Assembly (NCBI GenBank): GCA_041686915.1 | Contig: JAWLDB010000004.1 | Coordinates: forward strand, 1 to 50,781 | DNA length: 50,781 nucleotides | Direction of reading: 5' to 3' | From: Bacillota bacterium | GTDB lineage: Bacteria > Bacillota > UBA994 > UBA5500 | Shown here: positions 28,737 through 39,030 of the stretch, piece by piece | Layout of the letters: each line of letters opens with the position of its first letter | Position numbering within the stretch: the first letter of the stretch is position 1 | Translations under genes and position numbers: made by a program | The notes under the pieces: model-generated | What the model was told of the DNA's origin: nothing | Database searches by the model: none | The model's input: the letters and a program-made list of their open reading frames with translations, nothing else

Positions 28737-29357
28737 ATGGATTACACGCTTTATGGAGTGGTAGGCGCTGGATACACCGGCAATCGCACACTGGAGCAGG
28801 CGGTGGAAGAGTCTATTAAGGGTGGTGTTACGGTAGTTCAGCTGCGCGAGAAGAGTCTGACCGGACGGGAGTTTTACGAGCTGGCGAAACGGATCAAGGC
28901 GATCACGGCGCGCTGTGGCATACCTCTGATCATCAATGACCGGATAGATATCGCGCTTGCCGTTGATGCTGACGGCGTACACCTGGGGCAGGATGACATG
29001 CCGGCTGCTGTAGCTAGAAAGCTGCTGGGAAGCAAGATCCTAGGTGTATCAGCTCATTCGGTGGAGGAGGCAAAGCAAGCACAGGCTGATGGCGCTGACT
29101 ACTTAGGGGTAGGGGCTGTGTTCCCAACGGCCACTAAGTCAGATATTGCAGGGGTGCTGCATCCGGGTGGGTTGGAACAGATGGCCAGGTCGGTCGAGCT
29201 GCCGGTAGTTGGCATTGGCGGCATCGGACACGGCAACGTGGAGCAGCTGCTCGGCACTGGCATCGCCGGCGTGGCAGTCATCTCGGCCATTTACACTCAG
29301 CCTGACATCCGCGAGAGTGCCAGGCAAATGCGCGAGCTGCTTAGAGGCTTGAAATAA
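28737..29357 (+). CDS. thiE: Thiamine-phosphate synthase
   Basis: Motifs VQLREK, INDRID, GVHLGQDD, GVSAH, FPTATK and GIGGI. Confidence 0.96.
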   Translation: MDYTLYGVVGAGYTGNRTLEQAVEESIKGGVTVVQLREKSLTGREFYELAKRIKAITARCGIPLIINDRIDIALAVDADGVHLGQDDMPAAVARKLLGSKILGVSAHSVEEAKQAQADGADYLGVGAVFPTATKSDIAGVLHPGGLEQMARSVELPVVGIGGIGHGNVEQLLGTGIAGVAVISAIYTQPDIRESARQMRELLRGLK

Positions 29358-29391
29358 CAATTGGATCAGAACGAAAGGTGGCGTCCATAAA

Positions 29392-30696
29392 ATGATGACT
29401 CAACTGGAATCCGCAAGAGCAGGGATTATTACTCCTGAAATGCACTCAGCTGCTGAGTACGAAGGTATATCTGCCGAGCAAATGCGCGCTGGCATCGCCA
29501 GCGGCGAAATCGTATTGCCCTATAACATCAACCATCGTCCCGCCCGCACCTTAGCTGTAGGCAAGGGCCTGAAGACCAAGGTCAACGCTAATATCGGCAC
29601 CTCGGATGCGTTCCCGGAGCTGGACAAAGAGCTAGAGAAACTGCAGGCAGCTCTCAAGGCCGGCACTGACTCGGTCATGGACCTTAGCACCGGTGGTGAC
29701 ATCGATGCTGCCCGCAAGGCTATCATCGCAGAGAGCCCGGTGATGGTCGGTACCGTTCCGATGTATCAAGCCCTGGTTGATGCCGCCGAGGCTGGTCGTG
29801 GTATGGTGGAGATGACTGCCGACGATATCTTTGCCTCAGTAGAGAAGCACTGCGCCGACGGCGCTGACTTCATCACCGTTCACTGCGGCGTGACCCTGGA
29901 AGTTATCGAAGAGCTGAAGGAGCATGGCCGCGTCATGGACATCGTCTCCCGTGGTGGTTCTTTCCTTACTGCCTGGATGCTGCACAACCAGCAGCAGAAC
30001 CCCTTGTTTTCGCAATACGACCGTTTGCTGGAGATTGCCCGTAAGTGTGACGTCACCCTTAGCTTAGGCGATGGACTGCGTCCGGGCTGTTTGGATGATG
30101 CCAGCGATGCTCCGCAGATTAAGGAGCTAATTATCCTCGGCGGCCTGGTCAGGCGCGCCCGCGAGGCTGGCGTGCAGGTTATGGTGGAAGGCCCGGGCCA
30201 TGTGCCGCTGGACCAGATCCAGGCTAACATGACGATGGAAAAGACCCTCTGCTATAACGCGCCGTTCTACGTGCTCGGCCCGATCGTCACCGACGTAGCC
30301 CCTGGTTATGACCATATTACCTCCGCTATCGGTGGCGCTATCGCTGCTTCCTCCGGCGCAGACTTCCTTTGCTACGTTACCCCGGCTGAGCATCTGGGTC
30401 TGCCAACGCTCGAGGATGTGAAGGAAGGTGTGATTGCTTCCCGCATCGCTGCCCATGCGGCTGATATCGTCAAGGGTGTGAAGGGAGCGCGTGAATGGGA
30501 CCGCGAAATGGCGAAGGCGCGCAAAGCCCTCGACTGGCAGAAGCAGATTGACCTCGCTATCGACCCTGAGCGGGCTTCCCGCATCCGCAAGGAGAAGAAC
30601 GAAGACAGCCAGGAGTGCTGCACCATGTGCGGCAAGTTCTGCGCCTACAAGCTGGTCAGCGAGTACCTCGGCACCACCTTCAAAGGTGGTTGCTAA
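29392..30696 (+). CDS. thiC: Phosphomethylpyrimidine synthase
   Basis: Motifs KVNANIGTS, MDLSTGG, SRGGS, SLGDGLRPG, EGPGH, GYDHI and CTMCGKFC. Confidence 0.98.
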   Translation: MMTQLESARAGIITPEMHSAAEYEGISAEQMRAGIASGEIVLPYNINHRPARTLAVGKGLKTKVNANIGTSDAFPELDKELEKLQAALKAGTDSVMDLSTGGDIDAARKAIIAESPVMVGTVPMYQALVDAAEAGRGMVEMTADDIFASVEKHCADGADFITVHCGVTLEVIEELKEHGRVMDIVSRGGSFLTAWMLHNQQQNPLFSQYDRLLEIARKCDVTLSLGDGLRPGCLDDASDAPQIKELIILGGLVRRAREAGVQVMVEGPGHVPLDQIQANMTMEKTLCYNAPFYVLGPIVTDVAPGYDHITSAIGGAIAASSGADFLCYVTPAEHLGLPTLEDVKEGVIASRIAAHAADIVKGVKGAREWDREMAKARKALDWQKQIDLAIDPERASRIRKEKNEDSQECCTMCGKFCAYKLVSEYLGTTFKGGC

Positions 30697-30764
30697 TAAG
30701 TCAGGCCTGGTCTCGCGACCAGGCCTTTCATCTTACTCAAACCCTACGGGCATCTGCCTCCGTT

Positions 30765-31194
30765 GTAGGGGTTGAACATGTTCAACCCGGACCCACAAAA
30801 CGCGCTTGGGTTTTGTAGGGGCAGAATTCCATTCTGCCCACCGGGGACGTCTCTGTTGCCGTGGCTGCAGGCAATTCGCTGGGTGCTGGCTTTCGCTCAT
30901 ACAAGAATGTGGTATGAGCTCGGCACCGACGGGCCCAGCAAAACTCGGCTGCGCCTCAAACAGTTGCAGGGCATGTACGTCGGTTTCTCGCTCCATTTAA
31001 CTAGTCTCAAGCCTATGCACTGCTCTATTGCCATGCACCCCTGCCTCACCGCGGGTCCTGCGATAAAGTGGTAAGGTGCGGTGAGAGCTATGGGGTGTTC
31101 AACCCGGACCCACAAAACGCTCTTGGGGATGTAGGGGCAGAATTGCATTCTGCCCACCGGGGACGGGACCCACGAGGGTCGCGGAACCGCCTTC
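30765..31194 (+). repeat. Cluster of GTAG-type REP-like palindromes within an approximately 70-bp direct repeat
   Basis: GTAGGGGTTGAACATGTTCAACCC 30765-30788, GTAGGGGCAGAATTCCATTCTGCCC 30815-30839 and GTAGGGGCAGAATTGCATTCTGCCC 31131-31155. Direct repeat 30779-30849 vs 31096-31165. Confidence 0.85.
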
Positions 31195-31286
31195 TGTTTC
31201 CAATGTTCTTAAGAATTTGTTAGAATACAAGAGTATAGCAGCGGGCAAATCACAAAGCTATAAATCTGGTTTTATGCGAGGTACTA

Positions 31287-31988
31287 ATGAGAGTTATACG
31301 CTTACTGGCACCAATTATAAACATGCTGCCGGATAGTCTTATTCAATATATAGGCAGTAAAACATCCGACTTTCTTCTTAATAAGTATGCAAAGCTTGAG
31401 GTAACGGGGAAGGACCTCCTGTCGGAGCGGATAGGCAAGCCAACAATCTTCATTGCCAATCATCTAAGCAATGTGGACGGTCTTGTTCTCAACAAGGTAC
31501 TTGAGAACAATGATGTCACCTTCATGGCAGGCATAAAGCTGAACGCTAATCCCCTTACATCCATTTTTCTGAAAACTCTCAAGCACATTCCCATCAACCC
31601 AAACTCGGCTGATAGAAATGCAATTCGCCAGGCTCTCGCTGTCTTGAGTGCAGGGGAGTCACTTTTGATTTTCCCGGAAGGTACTAGAAGCAGATCTGGG
31701 TCCATGATAGAGGGCAAAAAGGGTTTTCTACTATTAGCCAGACTTTCAAAGGCCGATATTGTTCCAATAGCACTTGAGGGAACAGAACGCTTGCTGCCGG
31801 TCAATGAGAATGACATGGCTATGGAAACTCCACAGCATGCAACAGTGAGAGTGAAGATAGGACAGCCCTTTAAGCTAGAGAAGAAAGATCATACCCAAGA
31901 AAACTGGGATGAAGCGTGTGTAGGCGCCGCAATGCGGAAAATTGCACAAATGCTAAAACCCCAGTATCAGGGTGTATACAAGGATTAA
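31287..31988 (+). CDS. plsC: 1-acyl-sn-glycerol-3-phosphate acyltransferase (PlsC-like)
   Basis: NHLSNVD (HX4D), IFPEGTRS and IVPIAL. Confidence 0.88.
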   Translation: MRVIRLLAPIINMLPDSLIQYIGSKTSDFLLNKYAKLEVTGKDLLSERIGKPTIFIANHLSNVDGLVLNKVLENNDVTFMAGIKLNANPLTSIFLKTLKHIPINPNSADRNAIRQALAVLSAGESLLIFPEGTRSRSGSMIEGKKGFLLLARLSKADIVPIALEGTERLLPVNENDMAMETPQHATVRVKIGQPFKLEKKDHTQENWDEACVGAAMRKIAQMLKPQYQGVYKD

Positions 31989-32229
31989 CCAACCCCCGCA
32001 CCTTACATCGTAAACGTCTTGACCCAGGCAGCCTGTTTATTCATGTTAGCACTCCTTTACAAAGCCAAACCAGACAGTCACTTTGTTTGCTTGTTGCTTC
32101 CGCCACTCCTGCCTGTCCTATAGCCTTAAATTTCCTAAAATTGCGCCTATTATCTGCTAGCGCAAACTTCGTACTTTTACCATCACCTCTGTTGTATAAT
32201 TGTGAGGTATGCGAAGGAGGTGGCCTAAG

Positions 32230-33510
32230 ATGGCAGATAATCAGCGAACAAGTCTGGATCGTAACCTGCGCTGGAACAACATCAACGGGATCTTCCAAAC
32301 GCTCTCGCAGAATATGTTGATGCCGTTTACCGGTATTTTTGCTATCAATCTGGGAGCTACCGATGCTCAAATTGCTGCACTATCATCATGGCCGGCCCTG
32401 GTGAGTCTTTTTTCAATGATCCCTGGAGCCCGCATGGTGGACAGATATCCACGCAAGCAGAAACTGGTCGCTACTTTCATGTTCTTTAACCGCATTTTTT
32501 TCTTGCTCTTGGCTTTACTGCCTTTTGTCGTCCGAGACGAGGCTCGGCGCCCGCTGGTCTTTGTAATCATGATCGCCATGATGAACATCCCGGGGGCTGT
32601 GGCTAACGTTTCCTGGCAGTCCTTTATGGGCAACGTTATCCCTCAGGACCGCAGGGCTAAAGCCTTTGCTACGCGCAACCAGCTGATGGGCCTATGTGGC
32701 GCAGTAGCCTCTTTGATAGCGGGACGCATTATGAGCCAACTATTGTTCCCTATTGGATTTCAAGCAATGTTCTTCGTCGGTTTTCTGCTGGCTCTGCTTG
32801 AGATAACAGCCTTCTTCCGCCTGGAAGAGCAACCGTCCAAGCCTAAGCAAATCGTCCGGCAGACGGGCAGCCTACCAGAACGCCTGAAGAAAGCATGGCA
32901 AGGTGCGCGCAACTATCCTGGATATTGGCGCTTTGCCGCCGCTTCCCTGGTCTTCCACTTTGGATGGCAGATGGGTTGGCCGCTCTTCACTAAGTATCAG
33001 GTACAGGAACTCGGAGCGACCCCTTCCTGGATTAGCATCATAAGTGTTTGTACTACACTCGGTTCCATCGTCGCCTATCCGATGTGGGCACGCCTTTCTG
33101 AGCGCTACAGCAACAAAAGCATGCTGATCTTTGCTGGCATGGGCATGGCCTTAACCCCGTTCTTCTACGCCATATCTACTCAACTGTGGATGCTGGCTGT
33201 ACTGAACATGGTCGTAGGTGTCTCTATCGCTGGCATGTTGCTACTCTTGTTCAACACGTTGCTGGAGGTTAGCCCTGAACAAGACCGCACCCAGTATATC
33301 GCCTATCACAATACAGCCACCAGCATGACTGCGGTCATCGCACCGTATATAGGAGTGGCGATCGTAGCTGCAGCCGGCATTCGCTGGGCGCTAATCGGTT
33401 CCGCCATCGCTCGTGGCGTTGGTGCCTTGGCCTTTGCGGCAGTCTACCTGCTGGAACGAAAGGGCAAAGCAGTGAAGACAGAAGCAGGTGTTCCGGAAGT
33501 CGCTTCCTGA
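32230..33510 (+). CDS. MFS transporter (paralog of 47124-48443)
   Basis: About 12 TM segments. Start after GAAGGAGGTG; upstream TG-TATAAT extended -10. Confidence 0.9.
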   Translation: MADNQRTSLDRNLRWNNINGIFQTLSQNMLMPFTGIFAINLGATDAQIAALSSWPALVSLFSMIPGARMVDRYPRKQKLVATFMFFNRIFFLLLALLPFVVRDEARRPLVFVIMIAMMNIPGAVANVSWQSFMGNVIPQDRRAKAFATRNQLMGLCGAVASLIAGRIMSQLLFPIGFQAMFFVGFLLALLEITAFFRLEEQPSKPKQIVRQTGSLPERLKKAWQGARNYPGYWRFAAASLVFHFGWQMGWPLFTKYQVQELGATPSWISIISVCTTLGSIVAYPMWARLSERYSNKSMLIFAGMGMALTPFFYAISTQLWMLAVLNMVVGVSIAGMLLLLFNTLLEVSPEQDRTQYIAYHNTATSMTAVIAPYIGVAIVAAAGIRWALIGSAIARGVGALAFAAVYLLERKGKAVKTEAGVPEVAS

Positions 33511-33567
33511 CAGATAACTCTATAGCAAACAACAGGCCCGCGGAATGAACCGCGGACCTGTTTCTTT

Positions 33568-34905
33568 TTATGCGTTTGTTTTGCCGGTGAAGCGGAAGTC
33601 CTTGATCTTCATCGCCGGTACATAGTAGTTACCAAAGAAAGAGCGGGTGCGTACCCGGTCGCTCGAGATAGCCTCGATGCTGTTTAGGGCTCGCAGCATG
33701 CTGTCAGTGAAGCGCATGTTCTTGATTGCGCCCACAATCTTTCCGTCCTTTATCTTAAATACGCCGTCCCGGGTGAGAGCGGTTAGCATTGCTTCGCGCG
33801 GGTTAACGGGGTTCATGTAGTGGAAGCGGGTGATCAAGACGCCGTCATCGGTCTCCTTGACAATATCCTCGAGAGTCTTGTCGCCGCCTTCAACCACTAT
33901 GTTCAGGGGGATACCGCCAAAGTGTGGCATGTTCACCGAATGGCCGGTTGACTCAACACCAGCTGCCTGCGCGCTAGCCATGTCATGCACAACGTCCTTG
34001 GCAACACCCTTCTCGATTATGGTGACCTTCTGGCGAGGAGTGCCCTCAAAGTCAAAGGGGAGGGAGACGGTGTTGGGGTTTGTATGATCGTCAACGATAG
34101 TCAGTTGCTCGTCGAAGACCTTCTCGCCCAGCTTACCTGTCAGGAAGCTAGCCTGGTTTTGCAGGCTCTTACCGCTAAAGCCGATGAATGACATGTACTG
34201 CAGGATGTCGCCGACGGCTGCCTGCTCCAGGATGACTGTGTAGGCACCTGGCTCGATCTGCATTGGGTTCTGGTTCATCTTAGCCTTGTCATAGGCGCGC
34301 TCAAAGGCTGCAATCACATCAAAGTCCTGAGGGGTGTTGGAGGTGATTTCAGCATAGCCGGTACCGCCTTGCTCGTCTGCTATCAGTGCGGAGAAATTGG
34401 CGGAATTGACCCTGGCGAAGCGCTTGATACCTTTGGAGTTGCCAAAAGCCATCTGGATGGTATCGTAGGAGACCGCTCCGAAGGCCTTATACTCAGGAGT
34501 CAGCATATCCAGGCACTGCTTAACCAGTTTGGCGCGTTTGTAGACATCACATGCTGCATCGAGCTCATCGTTGAAGTCTACTATCTCCATGAGCAGCGGC
34601 TCCGACACCAGCGGTGGCTCTTCCTGGCCTTCAGGCAGGAACTCAAGGTTCTGCACCATCTCGCGGACAGTTTCCTTTAGTCCGGCTTCATCCAGAATAG
34701 CCGTGCTGAAGTTGATACGCTTTTTGCCCTGTGACAGGTTGACGTTAACCTGTACGCTGTCCTCAAACACGTTCTGATGGATTTCCGAGTTAGCAAAGCG
34801 GGTCAAGCCGGACCCACTAGCCTGCACCATCACCCGTACGTCAACGCCCTCAGCTGCCTGTACTACCTGATCAATAATCGCGTAGGCTTGCTCTTTACTT
34901 AACAT
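33568..34905 (-). CDS. TldD/PmbA family protein (PmbA/TldE-like subunit)
   Basis: TRFANSEIHQN, PGAYTVILE, FDFEGTP and LTRDG; no HExxH. Overlaps the tldD stop. Confidence 0.9.
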   Translation of the reverse strand: MLSKEQAYAIIDQVVQAAEGVDVRVMVQASGSGLTRFANSEIHQNVFEDSVQVNVNLSQGKKRINFSTAILDEAGLKETVREMVQNLEFLPEGQEEPPLVSEPLLMEIVDFNDELDAACDVYKRAKLVKQCLDMLTPEYKAFGAVSYDTIQMAFGNSKGIKRFARVNSANFSALIADEQGGTGYAEITSNTPQDFDVIAAFERAYDKAKMNQNPMQIEPGAYTVILEQAAVGDILQYMSFIGFSGKSLQNQASFLTGKLGEKVFDEQLTIVDDHTNPNTVSLPFDFEGTPRQKVTIIEKGVAKDVVHDMASAQAAGVESTGHSVNMPHFGGIPLNIVVEGGDKTLEDIVKETDDGVLITRFHYMNPVNPREAMLTALTRDGVFKIKDGKIVGAIKNMRFTDSMLRALNSIEAISSDRVRTRSFFGNYYVPAMKIKDFRFTGKTNA

Positions 34906-36346
34906 CAGCCACACCTACCTTTACATTTCTAAATCTGGCTGGTGCTGAGCCATGACCGACATGGGCGACCTGACCGGGCTCGCCCTTGCCACAGTTAGGC
35001 GTGCCATACATTTGCCAGTACTTCTCGTTCGCAACGCCATCGCACGAACCCCAGAACTCGTGCGTGATGCCGGTATAAATCGGGTTTTTGTAGATCTTGC
35101 CGGTAAGCTTGCCGTCCTTGATTTCGTAAGCAAGCTCGCATGCGAACTGGAAGTTGACGCGGCGGTCATCGATGCTCCAGCTCTTGTTGACTGACAACAG
35201 CAGACCGTTTTCAACCCCGCCAATCAGTTCATCCAACTCATACTTGCCAGGCAGCAGGTTGATGTTAGTCATGCGCACAATCGGGATACGCGCCCAGCCG
35301 TCTGCCCGGGCAGTGCCGTTGCTGTGCTGATCCAGCACGGAGGCTGTATCGCGGGAACTGATGAAGTTATGGAAGATACCTTCAGTAATGACAGGCACCC
35401 GCTGCGCCGGAATTCCCTCATCGTCATAGCCAAAGGTACCAAGTCCACCGGGAACGGTAGCATCGGCCACGATATTGACGTGCTCGGAGCCATAACGGAA
35501 ACTGCCAGCCATCTTGGGCTCGAGGAAGCTGGTGCCAGCATAGCCGGCCTCATAACCGAACACCCGGTCAAGCTCAATCGGGTGTCCAACACTCTCGTGG
35601 ATCTGCAGCGTGAGCTGAGACGGCTCTATCACCAAATCGAAGTAGCCGGATGGGCATTCTTCGGCTTCCAGCAGAGCCATGGCTTCCTTGGCGATACGCT
35701 CGGCGTTCTCCAAGAGACCCATTTGCTCTATGAACTCATAACCAGCAGTCGCATAGTTGCCGCGGGCGGAGTTAGGATAGCTACGCCGCTGCATATCCCG
35801 CTTGCTGACGGCGATCGCCTCGATACCGCCACCTGACTCGTAGAGTGTCTGGGTGATGAACGAGCCATCGGTGTCAGCGAAGGTCTTATCTTCTTTGCGA
35901 AAGGACAGACTGCCGTTGGTCTTAAACAGTCCGGGAGCTGCCTCTCGCATGATCTGCTCGGCCTTGAACAGCAGGTCTAGTTTGTCTTGCTTTGAGACAG
36001 AGAGCGGATCAATCTCTACTTTGGTCTCATAATGGTCTACAATGGCTTCCTTGGGGGAGAGCCTGACAGGGGAGCGCTGAGCCAGGCGGCTGGCTTTGGC
36101 GATCTCCAAGGCGATTAGTGCAGTATCCTGCATCTTATCAAAGTCTTGGGATCCGGCAAACCCCATTGAGCCGTCGAGGTACACCCTGATACCGTAGCCA
36201 CGGGTACGGTTGGTAGAGAGCTGCTGCACCTTCAGGTTCTCGGTCGAGATGTTTTCCTGGGTGATGTCGTTGATGCGGATGTCAGCATAATCAACGTTAT
36301 GCTGTTCCTTCAGCATCTGAAGGACGGCTTGCATCTTATCCTTCAT
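34895..36346 (-). CDS. tldD: TldD metalloprotease subunit
   Basis: HESVGHPIELDR, YDDEG, RMTN and CGKGEPGQ. Confidence 0.92.
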   Translation of the reverse strand: MKDKMQAVLQMLKEQHNVDYADIRINDITQENISTENLKVQQLSTNRTRGYGIRVYLDGSMGFAGSQDFDKMQDTALIALEIAKASRLAQRSPVRLSPKEAIVDHYETKVEIDPLSVSKQDKLDLLFKAEQIMREAAPGLFKTNGSLSFRKEDKTFADTDGSFITQTLYESGGGIEAIAVSKRDMQRRSYPNSARGNYATAGYEFIEQMGLLENAERIAKEAMALLEAEECPSGYFDLVIEPSQLTLQIHESVGHPIELDRVFGYEAGYAGTSFLEPKMAGSFRYGSEHVNIVADATVPGGLGTFGYDDEGIPAQRVPVITEGIFHNFISSRDTASVLDQHSNGTARADGWARIPIVRMTNINLLPGKYELDELIGGVENGLLLSVNKSWSIDDRRVNFQFACELAYEIKDGKLTGKIYKNPIYTGITHEFWGSCDGVANEKYWQMYGTPNCGKGEPGQVAHVGHGSAPARFRNVKVGVADVK

Positions 36347-36609
36347 CCATAGGCCTCCTTTTATATGAATTAGTTGCTCCTGATGCCTAAACTCATGGTC
36401 TGCATTAACCTATGTTAGCCATTGGCTCGTCCATTCCTTTTAAAGAGCAAGAATTGTGCAAAAAAAGAAACACTCAAGAATTGTGGCCCAGCACAATACT
36501 TTCTAATGCAAAATTCCGGCAACGGGCAGGAATTACTTTGCAACACAAAGAATATATAGTTTCTATGCGTAAGTTTTGGCTGCTGGTGGCAGCCTGAGGA
36601 GGTTTTTAC

Positions 36610-37992
36610 ATGCCGCAAGGTATGCCTGCACCAAGAACTGAACAACTAACTCAGACGCTCAGCCAGGAGAACCTGCGCCGAACTATTCTACTGCTGGCGT
36701 GGCCGGTCATGGCCGAGATGGCCCTTGGAACTGTTACTCAGATTGTCGATATGGCCATGGTAGGGCGTCTGGGTTCAGCGTCGATAGCTGCGATCGGCAT
36801 GAGCATGCAGCCTTTCATGTTGGCTTTCTCCATTTTCTCCGCCATTTCTGTGGGCAACACTGCACTTGTAGCCCGCTTTATCGGCAGCAAGGACCCAGAC
36901 AGCGCTTCTCGCACTTTGGCGCAGTCCTTGTTGATAGGCATCACCATGGCCGCTCTGATTGGCGTTGGTGGATTTGTCTTTGCCAGACAGATTATTAGCA
37001 TCATGGGTCCTGAACCCGAGGTACTGGACCTTGGCGTTTCCTATGTGCGCTATATGTTACCTGGTTTCTTCTTCATGTTCTCCGGCATGATGATTACCGG
37101 CTCCTTAAGGGGAGCGGGGGATACCAAGACACCGATGAAGATCAACATTGCCATCAACCTGCTTAATCCGCTGCTCAACTACGTACTGATTTTCGGCCAC
37201 TTCGGCTTCCCGGCGATGGGAGTCAGGGGCGCGGCGCTGGCTACTACTTTGGCCAGGAGCCTTGGTGGTGTATGCTTTGCCATAATCGTACTGCGCGGCA
37301 AAGGTATACTGCATCTGAAGCTACAGGACCTGAAGCAGCTGGATACTCCGTTGATTAAGCGGATACTTAACATCGGCATTCCAGCCGCCATTGAGCAGTT
37401 GGTATCCCGTACAGGTCAGATGCTCTACGCTCGCACAGTTGCTGGCTTGGGTACAGTTATGTATGCAGCTCACTCTATTGCCATCAATGCCGAGTCTATC
37501 TCTTACATGCCTGGTTTTGGGTTCGCTACTGCGGCTACAGCTCTCGTGGGACAAAGCCTTGGGGCAACGGATCCGGAACGGGCGAGCAAGGCCGGTTGGG
37601 AATCCTGGAGGCTAGGCTCATTACTTATGGGTTTCATGGGTGTGTTACTGTTCCTAATTCCCGGGGTACTGATGCGCATCTATACCGATGACCCAGAGGT
37701 GATCTCTTACGGCATAACCGCTTTACGCATCGCGGCTTTTGCCCAAATTCCAATGGCAACCGGGTTCATCTTCGCTGGCGCTCTGAGGGGAGCAGGCGAT
37801 ACCCGCTTTATGCTTTACATCTCTACTGCCGGTGTTTGGATTGTTCGTTTAGGACTGGCCTATATCTTCGTCAGCGTTCTCGGCTGGGGTTTGGCAGGCG
37901 CCTGGGTGGCTATGTCCGCCGACTGGCTGTTCCGTGGAGGCATGGCTGCACTCCGATTCAAGACCGACAAGTGGAAGCGGATCAAAGTATAA
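36610..37992 (+). CDS. MATE family efflux transporter
   Basis: VDMAMVGRLG, two LRGAGDT motifs and GVRGAALAT. Confidence 0.95.
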   Translation: MPQGMPAPRTEQLTQTLSQENLRRTILLLAWPVMAEMALGTVTQIVDMAMVGRLGSASIAAIGMSMQPFMLAFSIFSAISVGNTALVARFIGSKDPDSASRTLAQSLLIGITMAALIGVGGFVFARQIISIMGPEPEVLDLGVSYVRYMLPGFFFMFSGMMITGSLRGAGDTKTPMKINIAINLLNPLLNYVLIFGHFGFPAMGVRGAALATTLARSLGGVCFAIIVLRGKGILHLKLQDLKQLDTPLIKRILNIGIPAAIEQLVSRTGQMLYARTVAGLGTVMYAAHSIAINAESISYMPGFGFATAATALVGQSLGATDPERASKAGWESWRLGSLLMGFMGVLLFLIPGVLMRIYTDDPEVISYGITALRIAAFAQIPMATGFIFAGALRGAGDTRFMLYISTAGVWIVRLGLAYIFVSVLGWGLAGAWVAMSADWLFRGGMAALRFKTDKWKRIKV

Positions 37993-38039
37993 GGGGTAAA
38001 AAAGACCCTTGGCCGGGGAAGCCAAGGGTCCATGCCACA

Positions 38040-38879
38040 CTACTTCTTAAGCAGAAACTGCTCGATGAACACGGCTAGGCCGTCTTCGTCATGGTGACCG
38101 ATGATCATATCGGCCTTTGCTTTGACCTCAGGTTGGGCATTGCCCATGGCAACCCCGAGACCTGCATACTCTATCATGTCGAGATCGTTGATGTGGTCAC
38201 CCACAGCTACGATCTCGTGCTGTTCTATGCCGAAATGTTTGCCCAGGAAGCGCAAACCGTTCGACTTGGTGGCATTAATCGGATACAGCTCGTAGTACCA
38301 CGTCCCGTCGTAGTTCTGCGTGTATAGCACGCGCAGGTGACTACGGTCCACCAATGGCTCAGCCAACTCGGCTGCCTTGTTGCCAACATCCTGGCAGGCC
38401 CCAACGAACACGCGCAGCGGCTCCCAATCTGTATCGCGCCACAACACATCCACCTTCTGGACATTCTGCCCCTCAAGCTCAATATAGGCCTGCTGCCTGT
38501 GCCACTTTGGATAAGTATCGTAATAGACATCTGGCGCAGTGGCTGTATTGCGGTATGCGAAAGCCGGGATGCCAGCTGCGTGCCATGCCTTAAGAATAGG
38601 GTCGAGCAGCCCCCGTCGAATAGTCACCGCATACATCGTCTGTAACGTCAGTGGGTCGGCCACGCACCCACCGTTAAAACACACCATTGGATCATTCAAC
38701 TCAAGCGGGACAGCCAGGCGCTGCATGGAAATCGGCCGCCGACCGCTGACCAGGCAGACTTTGATGCCTGACTTGCGGGCAGCCTTAACAGCCTGTACTG
38801 TTCTTTCCCTGAGCTTACTATCACTATCGAGCAAAGTACCGTCAATATCCAGAGCAAGTAGTTTATACTGCAATACCAT
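38040..38879 (-). CDS. Cof-type HAD-IIB hydrolase
   Basis: LDIDGTLL, SGRR, K and GDHINDLDM..AMGNA. Real start ATG 38879 after GAGGAGG; the ORF-track extension to 39185 appears spurious. Confidence 0.93.
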   Translation of the reverse strand: MVLQYKLLALDIDGTLLDSDSKLRERTVQAVKAARKSGIKVCLVSGRRPISMQRLAVPLELNDPMVCFNGGCVADPLTLQTMYAVTIRRGLLDPILKAWHAAGIPAFAYRNTATAPDVYYDTYPKWHRQQAYIELEGQNVQKVDVLWRDTDWEPLRVFVGACQDVGNKAAELAEPLVDRSHLRVLYTQNYDGTWYYELYPINATKSNGLRFLGKHFGIEQHEIVAVGDHINDLDMIEYAGLGVAMGNAQPEVKAKADMIIGHHDEDGLAVFIEQFLLKK

Positions 38880-38968
38880 CGCCTCCTCACGATAATCCAT
38901 CATAGCCGATTGTCGGAAAAATGGGAAGCTTATCCAAGCAGTTTTCTTCCTACCTGTTCGCTGGGAAC

Positions 38969-38997
38969 TTGTCTGCATTCGCTCCGAGGGATAGAAT
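38969..38997 (+). promoter_or_regulatory. Sigma-A promoter of the putative selenoprotein gene
   Basis: TTGTCT (38969-74), N17, TAGAAT (38992-97). Confidence 0.7.
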
Positions 38998-39030
38998 ACC
39001 AATGAACGAACTAAGTATGAGGTGCTGCTT

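Noticed and set aside
30733-31157. Several 64-100 aa ORFs across the repeat region
   Set aside because: They overlap palindromic repeats on both strands and have no recognisable motifs. A 45-aa minus-strand ORF (MAIEQC...) has only a weak RBS.
30765-31165. CRISPR array
   Set aside because: Only 2-3 non-identical palindromes with irregular spacing and no cas genes; REP-like elements fit better.
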